A DNA stretch of 64,000 nt from Thermoanaerobaculia bacterium (GTDB taxonomy: Bacteria; Acidobacteriota; Thermoanaerobaculia; UBA5066; Gp7-AA6), in assembly GCA_038203955.1 (NCBI GenBank), contig JBBRDK010000007.1, forward strand, positions 299 through 64,298, written 5' to 3'. Below the pieces are notes generated by a model that worked only from the letters and a program-made list of their open reading frames with translations, was not told where the DNA came from and made no database searches. This document shows positions 53,701-63,829 of the stretch, in pieces (within the stretch, counting starts at the first letter, position 1; every line of letters starts with the position of its first letter). The position numbers and the translations under genes were made by a program.

Positions 53701-53772
53701 CGCCGCCGATCCCGCGGCGGCGAGGCAGGCGAGGGCGATGAGTCCCGCGGCGAAGCGACGCGTACCGGTCAC
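50695..53772 (-). CDS. Sortilin/VPS10-like BNR (Asp-box) repeat protein, second paralog
   Basis: 1025 aa with a signal peptide. Asp-boxes TTDAGRTWV, STDGGKSWK, STDGGHNWE, STDGGTTWK, SDDAGATWR, STDGGRTFT, TRDGGNNWS, TADGGKSWK, TRDGGASWQ. Confidence 0.85.
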   Translation of the reverse strand: MTGTRRFAAGLIALACLAAAGSAAPLPDPRIFSEMRWRCIGPFRGGRTVGAAGIPSQPNVFFMGVNNGGVWKTTDAGRTWVPIFEDQPTQSIGAIALAPSDPDVLYVGSGEGLQRPDLSTGDGIYKSTDGGKSWKHLGLRDGQQIGALLVDPGNPNRVFAAVLGHPYGPNPERGVFRSTDGGHNWERVLYKDENTGAIALAFDPKNPQVVYADLWAARQAPWEIGASFQGPGSGLYKSTDGGTTWKPLTSGLPTIAEGLGRIGIAVAPSDPSRLYAQVDADAGHGGTYRSDDAGATWRRVNAENRIWGRGGDFAEVKVDPKNPDVVYAANTSTYRSTDGGRTFTAIKGAPGGDDYHTIWINPDHPEILFLAADQGATISVNGGKTWSSWYNQPTAQFYHVITDNQFPYRVYGGQQESGSAGVSSRSDDGSIHFGNWHPVGVEEYGYVAPDPLDPNILYGGKISRHDVRTGDTTDISPSPIRGKYRFVRTMPVLFSPLDPHLLYLGANVLFATRDGGNNWSVLSPDLTRAAWEMPASVGVFAPMDPEKGKHRGVIYTIAPSPKEAGRLWVGTDDGLIHVTADGGKSWKDVTPKALTAWSKVSLMEASHSDPAVAYAAVNRFRLDDLRPHIYRTRDGGASWQEIVRGIPENEVVNAVREDPERRGLLFAGTERGVYVSFDDGDEWQSVRNNLPATSVRDLVVHGDDLVVGTHGRSFWILDDITPLRQMAAEAVVPDVHLFRPQVATRVKRSQWPDTPLPPEEPAGQNPPDGAIVNYVLKSRPAQPVVLEILDSAGKLVRKYTSADRPEPVDPELNVPTYWLRRPAILSAEPGMHRFVWDLHYLPPDVLEHEYPISAVPGDTPRHPVGPAVLAGAYTVRLTAGGRAVTAPLTVRMDPRVKTPPEGLADRFRLATAISAALARDLAALTEVKAARARLKPAGEAEARKGSPSTYEADLLALEGSGGGRRGANRDDLSGLNGKLASLYAVVEGSDTAPTTQAVAAWKELSESLEKTLAHWGEVKKNAVKR

Positions 53773-53790
53773 GGTTCCTCCGTCAGGGAA

Positions 53791-53860
53791 GTTGAGCGTT
53801 GAGCGTTTAGCGTTGAGCGTTCAAGGGGAGAGTTGAGAGTTCAGAGTTGAGAGTCAAGTC
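53791..53860. repeat. Ten-unit (70-nt) heptamer array spanning two unit families
   Basis: GTTGAGC GTTGAGC GTTTAGC GTTGAGC GTTCAAG GGGAGAG TTGAGAG TTCAGAG TTGAGAG TCAAGTC in one unbroken register. Confidence 0.9.
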
Positions 53861-53895
53861 GGGACTGAGAAGAGGGCCAAACCAGGGGCTGCTGA

Positions 53896-54789
53896 TCAGG
53901 ACTTTCCGCGTTCGAGGCTGGGGCGGTCCCATCGGCCGGTTTGCGCGGCGGCGTCGTACGTGGATTGAAAGAAGGCGAGGGCGTCGGCCTCGGGATCCGG
54001 GGACGCGGCGACGGCCTCATAAGGCAGCAGGTATTCGCCGAGTGTCGTGTCGAAGCGCGCCGCCGCCGGCCGGACGGGAAGCTCCCGGAAGCCCTTCGGC
54101 TCGGGCGCGGCGTAGGAGTAGAAGACGGGTTCCTCGAGGCCCGGCCCTCCCGGCCAGAACCCGGCGCTCGACACTTCATGGGAGTAGGCCTCGCGCGTGA
54201 TCGCGTCCGCTCCCGCGCGCGGGGGGGCGATGCGGCCCGAGAACCTCGTCACGCAGAGATCGAAGCTGCCCCAGAAGAAGTGAACGGGGCTGCACTTCCC
54301 GAGGTATCCGGAGCGGAACCTCTGGAGCACGCGTTCGCTGCTCGAGAGGATCCGGCGCAGCCGCTCGACCGGTTCCCGGTCGTACGCCGCGTGGTGATGG
54401 TCCTCTTCGAACCGGACCGGATTGGGGATTTCGACCGGCATGGTCCGGATCGGAACGGAGATGCCGAGGGAGTCCAGGGCTCCCACCAGCTCCTCGTGGA
54501 ATTGCGAGACCGAGCGCGGCGAAAGGGGGAGCTCGCGGCGCGCCCGCCCTGACGTCGTGACCGTAAGGCGGTGGTCCACGAAGTCGAAGGCGATCTCGAA
54601 GCTGCCCGCCGGATCCGGAATCGCCCCCGTGGTCAGCCCCCTCGGCGTGACGAGGAAGGCGGCATTCCACCAGTGGTTCACGAGAGGAGTCCGCGCGAGC
54701 TTGATCTTCCCGGGGATCTGCATCCACCGGTGCAGGGTCTCGTACGTGTCCCGCCAGGAGGCGAGCGGGAGGGAAGGCCATTGAGTCAT
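53896..54789 (-). CDS. Conserved hypothetical protein, DUF5996-like
   Basis: 297 aa. WPSLPLASWRDTYETLHRWMQIPGKIKL...HFFWGSFDL. The family name is from memory and moderately certain. Confidence 0.55.
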   Translation of the reverse strand: MTQWPSLPLASWRDTYETLHRWMQIPGKIKLARTPLVNHWWNAAFLVTPRGLTTGAIPDPAGSFEIAFDFVDHRLTVTTSGRARRELPLSPRSVSQFHEELVGALDSLGISVPIRTMPVEIPNPVRFEEDHHHAAYDREPVERLRRILSSSERVLQRFRSGYLGKCSPVHFFWGSFDLCVTRFSGRIAPPRAGADAITREAYSHEVSSAGFWPGGPGLEEPVFYSYAAPEPKGFRELPVRPAAARFDTTLGEYLLPYEAVAASPDPEADALAFFQSTYDAAAQTGRWDRPSLERGKS

Positions 54790-54793
54790 TGGG

Positions 54794-54842
54794 AAATCAG
54801 TTGTCAGTTATCAGTCGTCAGTTATCAGTCATCAGTTCGGAG
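54794..54842. repeat. Seven-unit heptamer array AAATCAG TTGTCAG TTATCAG TCGTCAG TTATCAG TCATCAG TTCGGAG
   Basis: In register. Inverted relative to 54912-54943. Confidence 0.9.
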
Positions 54843-54874
54843 TCCTCGCAGGCGCATTCTCCCTGTTGGGCGAG

Positions 54875-54903
54875 AAAAAACAAAAGGGGCGCCGAAGCGC
54901 CCC
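54875..54903 (-). terminator. Rho-independent terminator of the lipoprotein gene
   Basis: The minus strand reads GGGGCGC-TTCG-GCGCCCC followed by TTTTGTTTTTT. Confidence 0.75.
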
Positions 54904-54911
54904 TGTCCGAA

Positions 54912-54943
54912 GACTGAAAACTGAGAACTGAGAACTGACGACT
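54912..54943. repeat. Heptamer array (ga)CTGAAAA CTGAGAA CTGAGAA CTGACGA CT
   Basis: Ends 4 nt from the stop codon at 54948-54950. Confidence 0.9.
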
Positions 54944-54947
54944 CCCT

Positions 54948-55832
54948 TCACATCGCCGCGGGCAGCCGCAGTGGCTGCTCGAGCGTGAAGGCGGTCGAGC
55001 GGCCCGCTTCGATCGAAAAGTCAAGGTCGCCTCCGAGAGCCGCCACGCCGGTTCCCGCCGCGGCGCCGGCCGCCGCGCCTTCGAGGGTGCCCTTCGTGTT
55101 GCCGCCGAGCACCTGTCCCAGAATCGCGCCGACCGCCGCGCCGCCTGCGATGTACCCGGCGTTGCGCTTGGTGTGGGTGTCCCCGACGCGTGAATACGCC
55201 GACGTCGCGATCGCGATCGTCCGGCCGTTCACGTCGAGGTCGGTCAGGCGGAACCGCAGCTCCGCAGGCCGCGCGAGCTTGCCGGAGTCGACGACATGCT
55301 CGACCTTTCCGTGCACGCGGGTCCCCGAAGGCGCCACGACCGTGTCGTCCTCGGCCAGGAGGTCGTCGAGAAGCTCTCCGGAATAGACCTCGCCCTCCCG
55401 CGCGCCCGCCGTCGAGATCGTCTTGTCGAATCTCGCCCTCAGGATCGTGCCGGCCGGGACCTCGTGCTCCCGCCGCCCCGCCGGCGCCCGACGCGCGTCG
55501 GAGGCGCCCGTCGCCTCTCCAGAGCGGGCGACTCCCGTTGCGGAGCCGGTCTTCGCCGTCGTCGACCGCGTGCGACGGCGGACGGCATTTCGCTGCGACG
55601 CTTCGACCGGGTCGACTGTCACGATTGTCGTCGTGGTCGTCGTCGTGGTCTGCCGCACTCCATCGGGGAGCGCCGGCGCGGACCCCGGAGCCGCGCCGGC
55701 AGCCGCCGAAGCGTCGGCCGGTACGGGTGTGGCTGCCGCGGTAGAGGTCTCGCCGGTTTTCTGACATCCCGCCGCAAACGCGAGGCCCAGGACGACGCCA
55801 GCGGCCGTGATCTGAAATTTTCTCGAAATCAT
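54948..55832 (-). CDS. Lipoprotein with a poly-Thr linker and a C-terminal glycine-zipper region
   Basis: Start at ATG 55832 with GGAGG upstream. Lipobox LAFAAGC. TTTTTTTT run and YIAGGAAVGAILGQVLGG. Confidence 0.6.
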   Translation of the reverse strand: MISRKFQITAAGVVLGLAFAAGCQKTGETSTAAATPVPADASAAAGAAPGSAPALPDGVRQTTTTTTTTIVTVDPVEASQRNAVRRRTRSTTAKTGSATGVARSGEATGASDARRAPAGRREHEVPAGTILRARFDKTISTAGAREGEVYSGELLDDLLAEDDTVVAPSGTRVHGKVEHVVDSGKLARPAELRFRLTDLDVNGRTIAIATSAYSRVGDTHTKRNAGYIAGGAAVGAILGQVLGGNTKGTLEGAAAGAAAGTGVAALGGDLDFSIEAGRSTAFTLEQPLRLPAAM

Positions 55833-55980
55833 GTGACCTCCTGAATGACTGAGATGGTTTCTTCCTCGACAGAGCAAGCGGCATGCCTTAATCAGCTGCC
55901 GCGCCAGGGCGGAACCCAGACGACTGAAGAGAAAAACGCGGCCTCGCGGCCGCGCTTTTCTTCTCCGAAACGAGAAGGGC

Positions 55981-58209
<2,229 letters not shown>

Positions 58210-58280
58210 GATTTCCTTTCGAGGCCGGCGAGGGGAAAAGGACTGCGGCCGCGGGGCGGAATGCCCCGACGCTCCGGCAG

Positions 58281-58305
58281 AGAAAATGTCCCGGCCCTCG
58301 GGCCG
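58281..58305 (-). terminator. Weak hairpin plus U-run between rpsO and pnp (attenuator or pnp leader)
   Basis: The minus strand reads CGGCCCGAGGGCCG followed by GGACATTTTCTCT. Confidence 0.3.
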
Positions 58306-58316
58306 ATGGATGTTTT

Positions 58317-58595
58317 TTACTTACGGAGGCCGAGCCGCTCGATCAGCCGGTGGTAACGATCGGCATCCTCGCTCTTCAGGTAGTCGAGCAGGCGCCGGCG
58401 CCGGGAGACGAGCTTCAAGAGCCCGCGGCGGGAGTGGTGGTCCTTCGCGTTCGTCTTGAAGTGCTCGGTCAGGTAGGTGATCCGGTTCGTCAGGAGGGCG
58501 ACCTGGACCTCGGGGGAGCCGGTGTCGGTGTCATGGGTGCGGTAATCCCGCACGATGTTTGGCTTTTCCGTCGTCTGGTAGGTGGTAGCGTTCAA
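58317..58595 (-). CDS. rpsO: 30S ribosomal protein S15
   Basis: [53 protein letters not shown] start with GGAGGA upstream. Confidence 0.95.
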   Translation of the reverse strand: MNATTYQTTEKPNIVRDYRTHDTDTGSPEVQVALLTNRITYLTEHFKTNAKDHHSRRGLLKLVSRRRRLLDYLKSEDADRYHRLIERLGLRK

Positions 58596-58693
58596 GAATC
58601 CTCCAATAGCCTCTATAACACCCTACTTTTTTAATAAACGGCAAGCCTAGCACGGGCCGGAGCAGGCGCAAAGGGGCTTGAGTCCGGGTCGAC

Positions 58694-58864
58694 AGGCGGC
58701 AGGCGGACCGAAGCCGGGAATCGGGAGCCGAGCGACCAATGGGAGCGAGACGGCCGCGGTACTCCGCGGTCAACTAGATCGGGAATCGGGAATCGGGAAT
58801 CGAGGACGGGAAACGGGAAACGAAAAAGGCGGGTTTCTGGCTGATAGCTGATAGCCGATAGCTA
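58694..58864. repeat. Composite repeat locus: AGGCGGN x2, GGGAATC, the 56-nt element, GGGAATC x3, GGGAAAC x2, GCTGATA x3
   Basis: Read directly. Unit positions: 58694-58707, 58716-58722, 58723-58778, 58781-58801, 58808-58821, 58840-58864. Confidence 0.9.
58723..58778 (+). repeat. Conserved 56-nt element, copy 3
   Basis: gggagccgagcgaccaatgggagcgagacggccgcggtactccgcggtcaactaga. Confidence 0.9.
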
Positions 58865-58865
58865 C

Positions 58866-59816
58866 TCACCGCCTCCCGCCTCCCGTCTCTTCGGCCAGCA
58901 CGATCCTCGGCTTCAGGATCGACACGCCGCCCTGGCCGATCGGGGAGACCTGCGCGAGGGCGACCATTTCGTCCCCGGGTCCGATAAGAGTCACCCAGGC
59001 CCCGTCTGCCGAGGCCAGGCCGCGCGCCGGGATCGACTGTCCCTTGCGGACCTTCCACGCCTCGAGGGAGGCGAGCCGAAGCCGCTCGAAAGGAAACGGG
59101 ACGCGCGAGAGGGGAAGGGCGTGCGGCCGCGAGAGTCTCTCCGCGGCGGGCAGCGATTCGAAGAGCTCGAGCGCGACCGCCTCTTCCACGCGGAAGTCGC
59201 CGATCCGCGTTCGCCGCAGGCTCTCGAGGTGCGCGCCGCAGCCGAGCGATTCGCCGATCGCGTGCGCGATCGACCGGATGTAGGTGCCGGAAGAGCAGGA
59301 GATCGAGAACTGGATGCGTCCGCCGGCCGGCGGCGAGAGGACGAGCTCCGACACGCGCACCTTCTTGGGGAGCACCGGGACTTCTTCGCCCCGCCGGGCC
59401 ATCTCGTAGAACTTGCGGCCCTTGATCTTCTTCGCCGAGTAAGGAGGCGGAGACTGCAGAAACTCCCCCCGAAACGGTGAGGCGGACGCCTCGATCTCCT
59501 CCGCGCCGATGCCGGCCGCGTCTTTCTCCGCGCCGAGGGGCTCGCCCTCCCGGTCGTACGTCGCCGTCGCGAGGCCGAGCCGGATGGTGCCCTCGTAGGA
59601 CTTGTCGAGCAGGGTGAAAAATCCCTGGAGCCGGGCGGCGCCCCCGGCGCACAGGAGGAGCAATCCCGTCGCCATGGGATCGAGCGTCCCGCTGTGGCCG
59701 ATGCGGGGGACCCCCGTCGCGCGGCGCGCGCGCTCGACGACGTCGTGGGAGGTCAGGCCGCCGGGCTTGTCGATCAGGATGAGGAAGCCGCGCGCGAGAG
59801 AATCGGGCCGCGTCAC
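58866..59816 (-). CDS. truB: tRNA pseudouridine(55) synthase
   Basis: GTG 59816 overlaps the rbfA stop (GTGA). KPGGLTSHDVV...GHSGTLDPMATGLL. The last codons (ETGGGRR) are CCGCCTC-type units. Confidence 0.9.
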   Translation of the reverse strand: MTRPDSLARGFLILIDKPGGLTSHDVVERARRATGVPRIGHSGTLDPMATGLLLLCAGGAARLQGFFTLLDKSYEGTIRLGLATATYDREGEPLGAEKDAAGIGAEEIEASASPFRGEFLQSPPPYSAKKIKGRKFYEMARRGEEVPVLPKKVRVSELVLSPPAGGRIQFSISCSSGTYIRSIAHAIGESLGCGAHLESLRRTRIGDFRVEEAVALELFESLPAAERLSRPHALPLSRVPFPFERLRLASLEAWKVRKGQSIPARGLASADGAWVTLIGPGDEMVALAQVSPIGQGGVSILKPRIVLAEETGGGRR

Positions 59817-60217
59817 TCCGTTGCGCCCTCGTCGGGCGCGGTCTCCGCGCTCTCGTCCTCGTCCTGCTGGCGCGGGACGACCTTCGCGAGGAGCTCCTCG
59901 ATGCGCGCTCCCTGCTCGATCGAGCGGTCGGCGAAGAAGTGAAGCTCGGGCGCGAAGCGCAGGACGCACCGCCGTCCGACTTCGCGCCGCAGGAATCCCG
60001 AAGCCCGGTCGAGGGCGGCGAGCGCGGCGTCGCGCTCGGCGTCGCCCCCGAGGGCCGAGAAGTACACGCGGGCCGACCGGAGGTCCGGCGGCATCTCGAC
60101 CTCGGTGATCGTGACGTTGCGCAATTCCGGATCGTGCGCCTCGAGAACCACCAGGCGGGAGATCTCCGCCCGAACGAGATCGGAGACCCTCTGGGCGCGT
60201 CGGGATTCTTTCTTCAT
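59813..60217 (-). CDS. rbfA: Ribosome-binding factor A
   Basis: Start at the internal ATG 60217: MKKESRRAQRVSDLVRAEISRLV...VTITEVEMPPDLRSARVYF. Confidence 0.85.
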   Translation of the reverse strand: MKKESRRAQRVSDLVRAEISRLVVLEAHDPELRNVTITEVEMPPDLRSARVYFSALGGDAERDAALAALDRASGFLRREVGRRCVLRFAPELHFFADRSIEQGARIEELLAKVVPRQQDEDESAETAPDEGATE

Positions 60218-60223
60218 GAAGAC

Positions 60224-60251
60224 GGCAGGCGGAAGGCAGCAGGAAGGAGCG
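60224..60251. repeat. Purine-rich period-7 units GGCAGGC GGAAGGC AGCAGGA AGGAGCG
   Basis: Inverted in composition relative to 60367-60394. Confidence 0.5.
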
Positions 60252-60316
60252 CGCACACCGCGCGGCTCCGGGCAGGAGGCCGCCCGTCCGATAGCGGCCG
60301 CTCCGCCCGCTTCAGA

Positions 60317-60346
60317 GTCCGCCGGAAGGGAAGGCGTCCGGCGGAC
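60317..60346. other. 10-bp perfect hairpin GTCCGCCGGA-(10 nt)-TCCGGCGGAC
   Basis: Hand-paired. Lies between the DUF503 and rbfA genes. Confidence 0.6.
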
Positions 60347-60366
60347 AGATGCCGGCCGAGGCGAGA

Positions 60367-60394
60367 CCGCCTCCCGCCTCCCGCCTCCCGCCTC
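60367..60394. repeat. (CCGCCTC)x3 + CCGCCCC array
   Basis: 28 nt. Ends 9 nt from the stop of the DUF503 gene. Confidence 0.9.
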
Positions 60395-60403
60395 CCGCCC
60401 CGT

Positions 60404-60691
60404 TCACACATGAATGAACTCATTGCGATAGTCCAGAATCTCGCCGTCGAGGTTCGATTGGACGAACCCGAGCACGTTCTGCAGCAGGGCGTCCAGCGGC
60501 GGCTGGTCCGGCCCGACCACAGCGACGCCCAGCTCGCACCGCTGGAGAAGATCCTGACCTCCGACCTCGGCCGCGGAGATCTCGAATTCGTGTCGAATGC
60601 GACTCTTCAGGCTCTTGACGATCATGCGTTTTTCTTTGAGACCGCGGCATCCCGGAAGGTAGAGATCGAAGACCGCGTAGGCGAGGACCAT
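60404..60691 (-). CDS. DUF503 (YlxP-like) protein
   Basis: 95 aa, MVLAYAVFDLYLPGCRGLKEKRMIVKSLKSRIRHEF. Canonical position between infB and rbfA. Confidence 0.8.
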   Translation of the reverse strand: MVLAYAVFDLYLPGCRGLKEKRMIVKSLKSRIRHEFEISAAEVGGQDLLQRCELGVAVVGPDQPPLDALLQNVLGFVQSNLDGEILDYRNEFIHV

Positions 60692-60714
60692 GGGCTGTCA
60701 GCCTGCGGCTGCCA

Positions 60715-60819
60715 GGTTCTCAGTCGTCAGTTTTCAGTCTTCAGTCTCGGGCCGGGAGAAGACGTCGAAACGCAGCCTCGCGGTCGAACTGAGAACTGAG
60801 GACTGACAACTGAAAACTC
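60715..60819. repeat. Inverted heptamer-array pair (TCAG-type 60717-60746 and CTGA-type 60787-60819) with a ~40-nt loop
   Basis: TTCTCAG TCGTCAG TTTTCAG TCTTCAG ... CTGAGAA CTGAGGA CTGACAA CTGAAAA. The right array ends at the nt before the infB stop codon. Confidence 0.9.
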
Positions 60820-63819
60820 TCACCCATTCATCACGCCGGCGACCTTTTCGACCTGGTACGCCTCGATGATGTCGCCCACCTTCACGTCCTGGTACTTCTC
60901 GAGGCCGATGCCGCACTCGAACCCCTGTTTGACCTCCGAGATGTCGTCCTTGAACCGCCGCAGGGATCCGATCTTGCCTTCGTAGATCACCCGGTTGTCG
61001 CGGAGGAGGCGCACCTTGGAGGTTCGGCTGATGGAGCCTTCGGTCACGTAGCAGCCCGCGACGATCCCGAACTTCGGCACCTTGAAGGTGTTGCGGACCT
61101 CGGCCCGGCCCTGCGCGACTTCTTTCAGGGTCGGATCGAGCAGGCCCTCCATGGCCAGCTTGATCTCGTCGGTGACGTTGTAGATGACGGTGTGCAGACG
61201 GATGTCCACCCCGGCCTTCTCGGCCTCGGTTTCCGCCTTCTTTTCCGGGCGGACGTTGAAGCCGACGATGATGGCCTTGGACGCCGAGGCGAGCAGCACG
61301 TCGTTGATGTTGATCGCGCCGACGCCGGCGTGGATGACGGACACCTTGACCTTCTCGTTGGAGAGGTTCGAGAGCGACTGGTTCAACACCTCGACCGACC
61401 CGGCGACGTCCGCCTTCAGCACGATCGAGAGGTCCTTGACGCGGCCTTCCTGGATCTTGCTGAAGAGCTGGTCGAGCGAGAACTTCGACGAGGCCGCCAT
61501 CACCTTCTCGCGATCCTTGGCTTGGCGGAACGCCACGACGGACCGCGCCTTCGCCTCGTCCTCGACTCCCTGGAAGGTGTCGCCCGCCTGAGGGAGGTCC
61601 TCGAAACCGGTGACCTCCACCGGCGTCGCGGGTCCGGCGATCTCGATCTTGACGCCGCGGTCGTCCTGCATCGAGCGAACGCGCCCGAACACGGATCCGG
61701 CGAAGAAGACGTCGCCCACCTTCAGGTTGCCGGCCTGCACGAGGACGGTCGCGAGGTTCCCGCGGCCGATCTCGCGGCGGGCCTCGAGCACCACGCCCCG
61801 GGCCTCGTCCACGACGGGCGCCTTCAGCTCCTGAAGCTCCGCGACGAGAAGGATGAGCTCGAGCAGGTGATCGATACCCTCCTTCTTCAGGGCGGAGATC
61901 TCCGCCGAGGGAACGTCCCCGCCCCAGGATTCCAGCAGCACGCCGCGGTCGGCGAGCTCTTTCTTCACGCGATCGGGGTTCGCGTTGTTCTTGTCGATTT
62001 TGTTGATGGCGACGACGATCGGGACCTTGGCCGCGCGGGCGTGGTCGATGGCCTCGATGGTCTGCGGCATGACGCCGTCGTCCGCCGCGACGACGAGCAC
62101 GACGATGTCGGTCGCCTTCGCGCCGCGCGCGCGCATCGAGGTGAACGCCTCGTGGCCGGGCGTGTCGAGGAAAACGATCGGCTTGCCGTTGGTCTCGACG
62201 CGATACGCGCCGATGTGCTGCGTGATTCCGCCCGCCTCGCCCGCGGCCACGTTGGCCTGGCGGATGGCGTCCAAGAGCGAGGTCTTCCCGTGGTCGACGT
62301 GCCCCATGACGGTGACGACCGGCGCACGAGTGACCCTCGCCGCTTCCGCGGCCTCCGCCTCGCCCGGACGCGACTGCGAGTCCGCGGCGCGAGAGAGCTC
62401 CAGCTCTTCCTCGAACGAGACGACCGCCGCCTCGGCCCCGACCTCCTTGGCGATCTGGATCGCGGTCTGCGCGTCGAGAGGCTGATTGACGGTCGCCATG
62501 ATCCCGCGCTGCATGAGCAGGCGGAGGATGTCCTTCGCGAGAACGCCGAGCTTCTCGGAGAGCTCCTTGACCGTGACGCCTTCCGACAGAAAGACGGGGC
62601 CGGTGGGCAGGGGCTTCTTGAACTCGAGCAGTTTGCCGGAATCGTGCGTGCGCGTTTCCTTCGCCGCCCGCCGCAGGGCGGACTTCGAGATCGGCCTCGC
62701 CGTCGGGACCTCTTCGCCGTCGGTCTTTTCGATCAGCGGCAGGGAGATGTCCGAGTACGTGTCTTCCTGGTAGGTGCCCACGAACTCGCGAAGATCGACT
62801 TCGTCGGCAACGGTGATCTTCGGCTTGGCTCCGCCTTTCTTGGCGTTCTTCTTCGCGTCTTCCTTGTCATCCTTCTTGCGCTTCGGCGCGGCTCGCTCCG
62901 CCGTGGCCGGCGGCGCGGTTCCGCGTCCGGCCGCGGGACCGGTCGGCCGCCCGAGCGCGGGCGCTCCCGGCCTGCCCATCGGCGCGCCGACGCGCCCGGG
63001 TCCTCCGAGCGGACGCGCGCCCGGCCCGCCCGGAGTGGGCCGGTACACGGACGGCCCTGCGGGACCCGACGGACCCATCGGCCGGCCCGGAGTCCCCGAG
63101 GCCGGACCCATCGGCCGGCTGATGGGACCTCCGGAGGGTCCCATCGGGCGGCTCGGCGCCCCCGCCGCCGGGCCCATCGGACGGCCGGCCGCGCCCGGCG
63201 GCGCCAGCGAGGGTCCTGAAGGACGCCCGGGGGCGACGGGACGCGCAGGCACGACGGGACGAGGAGGCAGGATGATCTTGCGGGGGATAGCCCTGGCCGC
63301 CGGGGCTCCCGCGGCCGAGACGGGGGCGACGCCCGGCGCCGGCGGAGCGACCGCCGCCGTGCCCGGGGCGGGCGCGGCGGGAGGGGGAGCGGCGGGAGCG
63401 GCTGCCGGCGGTGCGGCGGCGGGCGGCGAGGTCGCGGAAACGGCTTCCGGCTCCGGCTCGGCGTCGATGACGGCGGTGCGGGCCGGCTCCGCCGGCACGG
63501 CCGCCCGCGCGGCGCGCGGCTCCGGCTTCGGGCGGGGAGCGTCGACCGCCGGCTCCTCGGCGGCCCCGGGGGGCTTCTCGATGATCTTGATGCGGGAGAG
63601 CGCGCTCTTCTGCGGCCGCGGCGCGCGCGACTCGGTGTCGCGCACGATCAGCTGCTTGGGCGCGTGGGTCTTTCCCTGGAGGATCGCCAGCACGGTCGAT
63701 TCATCGAGCGCCGCCTGCGGAGACTTCACGTCGACGCCGATCGACTGCAGGAGGAAGAGAACCTCCTTGCTGCCGATCCCCATCTGCGCGGCGAGCTCCT
63801 CGACTCGGATCTTTCCCAT
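60820..63819 (-). CDS. infB: Translation initiation factor IF-2
   Basis: 999 aa. G-domain [26 protein letters not shown]. Pro/Gly-rich N-terminal region with repeated RPMGP motifs. Confidence 0.95.
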   Translation of the reverse strand: MGKIRVEELAAQMGIGSKEVLFLLQSIGVDVKSPQAALDESTVLAILQGKTHAPKQLIVRDTESRAPRPQKSALSRIKIIEKPPGAAEEPAVDAPRPKPEPRAARAAVPAEPARTAVIDAEPEPEAVSATSPPAAAPPAAAPAAPPPAAPAPGTAAVAPPAPGVAPVSAAGAPAARAIPRKIILPPRPVVPARPVAPGRPSGPSLAPPGAAGRPMGPAAGAPSRPMGPSGGPISRPMGPASGTPGRPMGPSGPAGPSVYRPTPGGPGARPLGGPGRVGAPMGRPGAPALGRPTGPAAGRGTAPPATAERAAPKRKKDDKEDAKKNAKKGGAKPKITVADEVDLREFVGTYQEDTYSDISLPLIEKTDGEEVPTARPISKSALRRAAKETRTHDSGKLLEFKKPLPTGPVFLSEGVTVKELSEKLGVLAKDILRLLMQRGIMATVNQPLDAQTAIQIAKEVGAEAAVVSFEEELELSRAADSQSRPGEAEAAEAARVTRAPVVTVMGHVDHGKTSLLDAIRQANVAAGEAGGITQHIGAYRVETNGKPIVFLDTPGHEAFTSMRARGAKATDIVVLVVAADDGVMPQTIEAIDHARAAKVPIVVAINKIDKNNANPDRVKKELADRGVLLESWGGDVPSAEISALKKEGIDHLLELILLVAELQELKAPVVDEARGVVLEARREIGRGNLATVLVQAGNLKVGDVFFAGSVFGRVRSMQDDRGVKIEIAGPATPVEVTGFEDLPQAGDTFQGVEDEAKARSVVAFRQAKDREKVMAASSKFSLDQLFSKIQEGRVKDLSIVLKADVAGSVEVLNQSLSNLSNEKVKVSVIHAGVGAININDVLLASASKAIIVGFNVRPEKKAETEAEKAGVDIRLHTVIYNVTDEIKLAMEGLLDPTLKEVAQGRAEVRNTFKVPKFGIVAGCYVTEGSISRTSKVRLLRDNRVIYEGKIGSLRRFKDDISEVKQGFECGIGLEKYQDVKVGDIIEAYQVEKVAGVMNG

Positions 63820-63829
63820 AGGCTCCGCT

